Source: Trueperaceae bacterium (GTDB taxonomy: Bacteria > Deinococcota > Deinococci > Deinococcales > Trueperaceae). Taken from it: a stretch of DNA of 64,000 nucleotides. The notes under the pieces were generated by a model. It saw nothing but the letters and a program-made list of their open reading frames with translations, did not search any database and had not been told where the DNA came from. Positions 57,917-64,000 of the stretch are shown piece by piece; the first letter of the stretch is position 1; each line of letters begins with the position of its first letter. The translations under genes were made by a program, and so were the position numbers. The stretch lies in the NCBI GenBank assembly GCA_965213925.1, contig OZ243927.1, positions 2,080,001-2,144,000 on the forward strand, written 5' to 3'.

Positions 57917-57986
57917 CTCGAGCCGCTCGGCGTACGTGCGTCTAACATGAGCAGGGGAGACCGCGAATGAGGTAAAGCGTAGACGT
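57917..57986 (-). pseudogene. Second decayed 5' fragment of the AAA_33-like kinase gene
   Basis: ACGTCTACGCTTTACCTCATTCGCGGTCTCCCCTGCTCATGTTAGACGCACGTACGC aligns with ATGCCGACGCTTCACCTCATCTGTGGTCTCCCCTGCTCGGGCAAGACGACGTACGC starting at 56594. Confidence 0.65.
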
Positions 57987-58016
57987 ACCTTGTGGCAAGT
58001 GACAATTTGAAAGTCG

Positions 58017-58424
58017 TCAGGGCAATGACTCGGTCGTCCCTCGCCCCAGAAAGTGCGTGTAGGTGCTGCCGTGAGCGTGTAAGATACCACCTACTTGACG
58101 TTTATCTTTAGGGTCGCCAAGTTGTACGGCGATGAAAGACGCGCCCTCCTTGACCTTCTCCTCATAGCGGTTCAACATGTCGCGCTCTTCCGTCAGGTGT
58201 TGCAAGGCGCGGTATAGACGCGCCAAGGGACCGTGATGCTCGCCTTTAACGTCGAGCAAGTTGAGCGCGCCTTCACCTCTGGCGTACCACAGGTTCTCGC
58301 CGAATCCGGCCTCATCAAGCTCTCTCACGGCCGCCTCAGCCTCATCTGCATTTTCGATAATGCTCGTTACGTGGTTCGCCGGGTAGAGCCGGAACTTGTC
58401 CGTGTTGCGAAAAGGTGCGCTCAT
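58017..58424 (-). CDS. Hypothetical protein
   Basis: Clean ORF with GAGGAG RBS; A..AV.EL..AGF and Y...V..G..IAV patterns; normal codon usage. Confidence 0.75.
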   Translation of the reverse strand: MSAPFRNTDKFRLYPANHVTSIIENADEAEAAVRELDEAGFGENLWYARGEGALNLLDVKGEHHGPLARLYRALQHLTEERDMLNRYEEKVKEGASFIAVQLGDPKDKRQVGGILHAHGSTYTHFLGRGTTESLP

Positions 58425-58605
58425 AGTAATCTCTCCTCGAGTAGGATTTAGCTCAACATAAGCTCACCTTCTGCTGTAGTCAAGGGTTTATCAAAGCATT
58501 TCAACTAGTCGGCATCTCAGGTTTTCCTGACCGGCTGATAAGCTGACCCGCTTCGTCACGATACTCTGTTACCTATCTCTCCCTAAACCTTTGCTACACT
58601 CACCC

Positions 58606-59757
58606 ATGTCTCTCCTAAACAAACCCCCGGCAATCTTGGCGCTCGAGGACGGCACCCTCTACCCCGGCTACGCCTTCGGCTATCACGGCGAGACGGTCGG
58701 CGAGATCGTCTTTAACACCGCCATGACGGGCTACCAAGAAATTTTGACCGACCCCTCCTACCACGGGCAAATCGTCACCATGACCTATCCGCACATCGGC
58801 AACTACGGCGTGTCGGTCTACGACATGGAGTCGAATAGACCCTTCGCAAAGGGCTTTATCGTCCGCGAATATTCCCGCGTCGCGAGTAACCACCGCTCGA
58901 ATCAGGATTTACAGAGTTTTATGGACGAGCATAAGATCGTGGGCATCGAAGGGGTGGACACGCGCGCCCTGACGCGGCGATTACGTGAAGGGGGCGTAGT
59001 CAAGGGCGTTATCTACCACGGCGAGACGGACGAGGCGCGGCGCGCCGAACTGGTGGGGCGGGCGCAAGACCACGAGGACATCGACGGGCGCGACATGACC
59101 CCGGAAGTCACGACGCCGCTCCCGTACGCCCGCCCGACCTTCAAGGACAACCCCCGCGTCGCGGTCATCGACTTCGGCATCAAGCATTCGATTGTGTATA
59201 AGCTCGAGCAAGCCGGCGCAGAGGTTATCGTCGTCCCGGCGCAAACCACGCCCGCACAGATCATGGCTCTAAACCCTTACGGGCTCGTCATCGCCAACGG
59301 TCCCGGCGACCCGAACGGTCCCAAGTACGCCCACGACACCGTGTGGCAGATGTTGGGGCTGTTGCCGACTTACGGGATTTGCATGGGACATCAGCTTTTA
59401 GGTTTAGCTGTGGGCGGCAAGACCTACAAGCTCAAGCACGGGCATCACGGCGCGAACACGCCCGTGAAAAACCTCGTCACTGGCGAGGTCGAAATCACCT
59501 CGCAGAACCACAACTACGCGGTGGATATAGGCTCCATTCCTGGCGGGCAGTTCCGCGCGACGCACATCAACCTCAATGACGGGACGTTAGAAGGCATGGC
59601 GCACGTGCGCTACCCCGTTTTCAGCGTGCAGTATCACCCCGAGGCGAGCCCCGGTCCGCACGACGCGTCGTACTCGTTTAAGCGCTTTATCGAAGAGGTG
59701 AATGCGTTTGAGGGGGCGACGGCGCTGCCAGCGGTGCGGGAGTTGGGCGAATTCTGA
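58606..59757 (+). CDS. carA: Carbamoyl-phosphate synthase small subunit
   Basis: [47 protein letters not shown] and [14 protein letters not shown] motifs; extended -10 TGnTACACT-N5-ATG. Confidence 0.97.
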   Translation: MSLLNKPPAILALEDGTLYPGYAFGYHGETVGEIVFNTAMTGYQEILTDPSYHGQIVTMTYPHIGNYGVSVYDMESNRPFAKGFIVREYSRVASNHRSNQDLQSFMDEHKIVGIEGVDTRALTRRLREGGVVKGVIYHGETDEARRAELVGRAQDHEDIDGRDMTPEVTTPLPYARPTFKDNPRVAVIDFGIKHSIVYKLEQAGAEVIVVPAQTTPAQIMALNPYGLVIANGPGDPNGPKYAHDTVWQMLGLLPTYGICMGHQLLGLAVGGKTYKLKHGHHGANTPVKNLVTGEVEITSQNHNYAVDIGSIPGGQFRATHINLNDGTLEGMAHVRYPVFSVQYHPEASPGPHDASYSFKRFIEEVNAFEGATALPAVRELGEF

Positions 59758-59952
59758 TAGGTGCTAAGGGGAACCTCTGTGCTGCTCTTTAGTTGGTTGA
59801 GGTGCTAAGTGAAAGAGAGACTACAGAGGCGTATTTCATGAGCTTCGCCTCTTCTAAACTGCCGCTTTCCAGCATGACGCGGTTAGCGGCGTCACGTCCT
59901 TCGCGACGGAAGAATTCAGTGCGGCTGAGTAGAACGGGTTGCGCGAGCTGCG

Positions 59953-60924
59953 CTAGCGAGCCGTCAAGCGTTCACTCTCTTCAAATCGTGCGGACGCCCC
60001 GCCGAACCCTTTTTCTACTGCGTAGTCCTCGGATACGACAAGCCGCGCCCCGCTCGGCACGACTTCGGCGCTGAAGGGCGTGTGTCCCAAGGTCTCGCCG
60101 TCGATTTGAATCTCTAAGGGCGGCGTTGCGGAGATGCGCACGCGCTCGGCAGAAAAGATTTGCAAATCGCGGTAGTTCTCGAAGTTGCCGGTGATGAGCC
60201 GGAACACGAGGCGGAGAATGCCGCCCAGCGTGTTCGGCACGACCACGGCGAGGTCCAACTTGCCGTCGTGAGGGTTGCTGCTGCCCATCTTGATGTTCGC
60301 GTCGGCGATTTCGCCGACGTTGATGAGCATGACGGTGTGCGCCCGGAAGTGGTGCTCTACGCCGTCCACCTCGAGCGTCACGTCCGAGCGGCTGAGGGTG
60401 AAGAGGTGCTTGACACCTGAAACGATATAGGCTAAAAAGCCCAGGCGGTTCTTGATTTCGCGGGGCGCGTCCTCGATCATCCGCGCGTCCCAGCCGGCTC
60501 CTGCGACGATGGCGAAGTAGCGCTCGCGCTCGGGCAAGTAGCCCACGTCGAGCGGCACGGACACGCCGCGTAGAGCAAGCTCGAGCGCCTCGTCCGCACC
60601 GATGGGAATGCCCAGCGCGCGCGCGAGCAAGTTCGCCGTGCCACCCGGAAGCTGCGCCAAGGGAATGTCGCGCTCGTTCTCGATAAGACCGCTCATCGTC
60701 TCCATCACGGTGCCATCGCCGCCCGAGACGATCACGAGGTCGGCCCTGGTGGCTTTCGCCCACGCCAAGGCGTCGCCCTGCCCCTGCGTTTCGCGGACCT
60801 CGTAGGAGACGCCTTCTGTTTGGAGCTTAGCCTCGACTTTCTCCCTGAGCTTCGCCTGATCGCCCTGCCCTGAGACCGGATTGATAATAACTAAAACAGT
60901 TCTTTCGGTTACACCTTTTTCCAT
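59953..60924 (-). CDS. Diacylglycerol/lipid kinase family protein
   Basis: IINPVSG, GGDGT, PGGTANLLAR, GAGWDA, DGKLD and IDGE motifs. Confidence 0.93.
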   Translation of the reverse strand: MEKGVTERTVLVIINPVSGQGDQAKLREKVEAKLQTEGVSYEVRETQGQGDALAWAKATRADLVIVSGGDGTVMETMSGLIENERDIPLAQLPGGTANLLARALGIPIGADEALELALRGVSVPLDVGYLPERERYFAIVAGAGWDARMIEDAPREIKNRLGFLAYIVSGVKHLFTLSRSDVTLEVDGVEHHFRAHTVMLINVGEIADANIKMGSSNPHDGKLDLAVVVPNTLGGILRLVFRLITGNFENYRDLQIFSAERVRISATPPLEIQIDGETLGHTPFSAEVVPSGARLVVSEDYAVEKGFGGASARFEESERLTAR

Positions 60925-61088
60925 GCGTGTTTGCTCTCCCGTTTCTACAGGATGTGTATAGCTCGAGTGCGCCGTTACTTGGCCCAAGTCTACACCGTTC
61001 TATCCGAGTGGATGCGGGTCTGAGTCTCTACTTCGCTGCGTGCATCTCTAGCACTTGCGGACGCTTCGCAATGAAAGTCGAGAGAAAT

Positions 61089-61118
61089 AAGAGGTCGGAC
61101 TTTTCAGTCCGACCTCTT
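61089..61118. terminator. Hairpin downstream of the tRNA pair (terminator or REP-like)
   Basis: AAGAGGTCGGACT-TTTC-AGTCCGACCTCTT; a T-rich tail follows on the minus strand. Confidence 0.65.
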
Positions 61119-61233
61119 TAACACGTTTATGCCTCCTGAGTTGGAAGGGCGCAAGTATCATCACTGAAAGTACGTGCCAAAGCGCCACTTTATCAACTGA
61201 GAGCGTTTGTGACCAGATGATACCTGCTGTCAA

Positions 61234-61315
61234 TGCGAGGAATGGGACTTGAACCCACACACCTTGCGGTACTAGATCCTAAATCTAGCGCGTCTACCAA
61301 TTCCGCCATCCTCGC
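61234..61315 (-). tRNA. tRNA-Leu (anticodon TAG), CCA not encoded
   Basis: GCGAGGA/TCCTCGC acceptor stem, CTAGA-TTTAGGA-TCTAG anticodon arm, long variable arm and GGTTCAAGTCC T-arm. Confidence 0.96.
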
Positions 61316-61391
61316 AAAAAGTGGTAAAAGATTGAAGATGAAAGAAAAAAGATTTTGTAATCTTTTTTCTATCTTCAATCTTTTATCATTA

Positions 61392-61469
61392 TGGGGTGAG
61401 TGATGGGTCTTGAACCCACGACCTCCGGGACCACAACCCGGCGCTCTAACCAACTGAGCTACACCCACC
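61392..61469 (-). tRNA. tRNA-His (anticodon GTG) with G-1 and encoded CCA
   Basis: GGTGGGTG...CACTCACCCCA, CCGGG-TTGTGGT-CCCGG anticodon arm and GGTTCAAGACC T-arm. Confidence 0.96.
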
Positions 61470-61594
61470 GTGCGCGTACCCATACTACCAAGTTTAGCGC
61501 CCTTTGCGCCACACTTCTCAGTACGTCAGCGCGCTCGAGCAGTCTCGAGGGCACCGCCAAGTTTACTCAACTTACGCGCCGCATGTCAAGGGGG

Positions 61595-62080
61595 CTAGAG
61601 CAACCGGCGCACGCCGCGCCGCGTCAAGTCAGCGGCAACGCCGTAAAAGAAGTGCGTGGTCAGCTCGTTGGCTTGCCGTCCCAAGGGAATCTTAAACGGT
61701 CCGCCCTCTAAACCTAAAAGAGGCAGCGTAGTTCCGTGCGTCAGGGTGAAAAGAGCCGCGCCGAAAGACACGCCGTAGCCCCTACTTGCGGCGGGCGCAA
61801 GCTCGGCGAGTGCGCCGTACGCGCTCCCCGTGAGCGACCCAAAGGTCCAGTGAATCGCCTCTTCGAACTCGTCTTCGCGCCCTTCGACGCGCGCGTCTCC
61901 CCAGATTTTCTTGGCGGCGACAACAGGTGGCGACTCCGCGTCGGGCGGACGGGGCGGGAACGCCTCCTCAGCGAGCGACTTCACCGCCGTAGCGACAATG
62001 CCGCCGACTAAACCCGCTAGCGCTCCCTTGAGCACGTCGTCTCTATTGACTTCAACTTGACCATTCAAACGCTCGTTCAC
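61595..62080 (-). CDS. DUF1440-like membrane protein
   Basis: KGALAGLVGG, E..FPPR, SPP, IHWTFG, HG..LP.LGL and H..YG motifs; GAGGAGG RBS before GTG 62080. Confidence 0.8.
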   Translation of the reverse strand: MNERLNGQVEVNRDDVLKGALAGLVGGIVATAVKSLAEEAFPPRPPDAESPPVVAAKKIWGDARVEGREDEFEEAIHWTFGSLTGSAYGALAELAPAASRGYGVSFGAALFTLTHGTTLPLLGLEGGPFKIPLGRQANELTTHFFYGVAADLTRRGVRRLL

Positions 62081-62340
62081 GCGCGTTCCTCCTCGGCACA
62101 AGCTTAACAGAAGGGGCGGGAAGCGAGATTATGTCTATCTTCCATTTACTAGCAGGTATACCCGCTGACGCCGGGCACAGGTCATCTGGTCTGAAACGTT
62201 CCCACTGTGAAAAACGCCGATGAGCACGCACGTTGTGAGATGAAGTTCCGTTACAGCAAAGCTGTGAAATCTGCGGCGTTCTGTCTCAGTATGTTTTGGA
62301 AGTGCTTTACTTCTCACTGCCTACTCGCTGACGCCGCTCA

Positions 62341-62544
62341 TCAGTTGAGTTCACGCTCGCCTTGTAGGTTGACGGGCGGCACCTCTTCGTCCTCCAGATA
62401 CAGATAGTCGTCAATGGTCTCCAAGAGGTCGCGCAGTCTGGGGTCGTCCACGAGCGCGTCGCAGAGTTCTAGGCGCTCGGCTTCGCCTAATGCGGCGAGC
62501 GCGTCGATAAGGTCTTGTAAGGTTTCGGGTTTTGGGTTAGGCAT
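62341..62544 (-). CDS. Small acidic hypothetical protein
   Basis: GGAG RBS; helical sequence ETLQDLIDALAALGEAERLEL... Confidence 0.55.
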   Translation of the reverse strand: MPNPKPETLQDLIDALAALGEAERLELCDALVDDPRLRDLLETIDDYLYLEDEEVPPVNLQGERELN

Positions 62545-62594
62545 AGAGACTCCGTTAAGATGAGCGGTATGCTCCATTTTAAGCGGACCGCGCT

Positions 62595-63008
62595 ATGAAT
62601 AATGCAGTAAACCCTACCGCCATGCGGCTCACGCCCGGCGAAGACCTCAAAGAGGTGCTGCGCGAATTCACTCAAACTCGAGCGCTAAAAGCGGGCATCA
62701 TCTTGACCTGTGTAGGCAGTCTGGCGGAGGCGTCGCTGCGCTTTGCCGGGCGCGACGAGACGACGACCTTACCGGGTCCCTTCGAAATCCTCTCGCTCGT
62801 TGGCACGCTCTCCCCTGAGGGCGTTCACCTCCACGTCGCCCTCGCTGATGGAGAGGGCAGGACGGTAGGCGGACACGTGCAGCCGGGTTGCTTGGTCTAC
62901 ACGACGGCCGAACTCGTCGTAGGGGAGCTGAGCGGGCTGACGTTCCTGCGGACGTTCGACACGGTGACGGGTTACGGCGAGCTGGAGGTGCGCGGCGAAA
63001 AGGGGTGA
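62595..63008 (+). CDS. PPC (DUF296) domain protein
   Basis: RL.PG.DL, CVGSL, FEILSLVGT, HLH, GGH and TTAE motifs. Confidence 0.92.
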   Translation: MNNAVNPTAMRLTPGEDLKEVLREFTQTRALKAGIILTCVGSLAEASLRFAGRDETTTLPGPFEILSLVGTLSPEGVHLHVALADGEGRTVGGHVQPGCLVYTTAELVVGELSGLTFLRTFDTVTGYGELEVRGEKG

Positions 63009-64000
63009 AGGTCGGTTTTGGGAAGGCAGAGACGGACCTCTCGTCCTACCGTGAGACCTAAGCGGCGCACCTCCGTTTCGGGCAGGAGAACCTCTAGCGT
63101 ACCGCTATTTGAGACGTGAAGGGTAAGTAGCGCGTCCTTGCCCTGCAAAGAGGTTTGTAAAAGTGCCGCGTTTAGCACGTTTTCCCGTAGGTCGTTTTGA
63201 GCGGAGTTGCTCGAGCCAATCACCCGCACCCGCTCAGGGCGAACGCCGAGGAGCGAGGTCGAGGTGGCGTGAGGGAGCGTTAGCACTGCTTCTCCCCACC
63301 TGACCTGCGTTCCGCCTAGCGGCTCGACCTCCAAGAGGTTGCTCATCCCGACGAGTTTGGCGACGCTCGAGCTGGCGGGGCGGTGCATGACCTCTTGGGC
63401 GCTGCCGAGCTGCACCACGCGCCCCGCCTCGTAAACCGCGAGCGTGTCGGCGAGCATCGTCGCTTCGCTGAGGTCGTGCGTGACCAAAACGAGCGGCACC
63501 TCTAAGCGGCTCAAGAGGTCGCTGACGCGGCGGCGCAAGGTGGCGCGCACGAGGTCGTCGAGCGCAGCGAAGGGCTCGTCGAGCAGTAAGAGGCGCGGCT
63601 CCGAGGCGAGCGCCCGCGCGAGCGCCACGCGCTGCTGCTGTCCGCCGGAAAGCTCATGCGGATAGCGCGCTGCGAAGTCGGAAAGCTCCATCTGACTGAG
63701 CCACGCCTGCGCCCTCTCCCGCCCCGACCCCTTACGGAAGCTATACGCCACGTTTTGCAGCGCCGTGAGGTGCGGGAAGAGGTGATAGCCCTGCGCGACG
63801 TAGCCGATGCGCCGCCGCTGCGGTTTGAGGTCGATACGCCGCGCCGAGTCGAACAGGGGCGTGCCGCCCACGCGGATGTGTCCGCGCCCCGGCGTGAGAA
63901 GACCGGCGATCGCCTCTAAGGTCAAGCTCTTGCCCGAGCCCGACGCGCCGAAGAGCGCCAAACGGGAACTCGCCGTGCGAAAGGACGGCTCGAGGACGAA
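62972..64000 (-). CDS. ModC/CysA-like ABC ATP-binding protein with TOBE-like C-terminus (5' end beyond the window)
   Basis: LFGASGSGKS, LFDS...[32 protein letters not shown] and VTHD; the frame is open to 64000. Confidence 0.9.
   Translation of the reverse strand, partial: FVLEPSFRTASSRLALFGASGSGKSLTLEAIAGLLTPGRGHIRVGGTPLFDSARRIDLKPQRRRIGYVAQGYHLFPHLTALQNVAYSFRKGSGRERAQAWLSQMELSDFAARYPHELSGGQQQRVALARALASEPRLLLLDEPFAALDDLVRATLRRRVSDLLSRLEVPLVLVTHDLSEATMLADTLAVYEAGRVVQLGSAQEVMHRPASSSVAKLVGMSNLLEVEPLGGTQVRWGEAVLTLPHATSTSLLGVRPERVRVIGSSNSAQNDLRENVLNAALLQTSLQGKDALLTLHVSNSGTLEVLLPETEVRRLGLTVGREVRLCLPKTDLHPFSPRTSSSP

Noticed and set aside
58606..59757. carA without an adjacent carB
   Set aside because: Split carA/carB occurs in many bacteria and is not informative without the rest of the genome.
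60990..61260. tRNA-Leu 3' end as an integration (att) site for an island
   Set aside because: No integrase and no duplicate of the tRNA 3' end were noticed in the window.
61048..61483. ORFs 61048-61260 and 61193-61483
   Set aside because: They overlap the two tRNA genes.
62972..63008. 37-bp convergent overlap of the PPC and ABC ATPase genes
   Set aside because: Short 3' overlaps are common in high-GC genomes, and both proteins look complete.

Overview
High-GC (roughly 60-65% by eye) bacterial chromosomal segment, most likely Deinococcota and Trueperaceae-like. This is inferred from many leaderless TAnnnT-N5/6-start promoters, dense CTCGAG sites, type 2 IPP isomerase, bshB1 and signal peptides ending in A-x-A-Q. 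Most of the window is housekeeping or transport: ftsX/envC, plsY/bshB1, ugpBAE-like, fumC, fni, rbsK, korAB-like, aapJQMP, map, carA, tRNA-His, tRNA-Leu and modC-like. Less ordinary elements are: (1) a MoxR-DUF58-triple-VWA operon in which one VWA has a degenerate MIDAS; (2) a PadR repressor coupled to two tandem paralogous membrane-anchored proteins with a conserved cytoplasmic N-domain and divergent exported domains; (3) a LOV plus 6-PAS histidine kinase / single receiver / REC-HisKA_3 cascade; (4) an AapQ permease with a ~200-aa SdrD-B-like insertion; (5) a stand-alone MHYT protein; (6) a low-GC islet with BrnT/BrnA-like genes and an orphan DUF2281-like gene coupled to an APH-like kinase beside a GNAT remnant; (7) three full copies and one partial copy of a TA-bounded MITE-like element with nested REP-like hairpins; (8) a triple-hairpin intergenic structure; and (9) several pseudogene remnants missed by the ORF track. 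No CRISPR array, rRNA, transposase or integrase was seen. All family calls come from motif recognition, not database searches.
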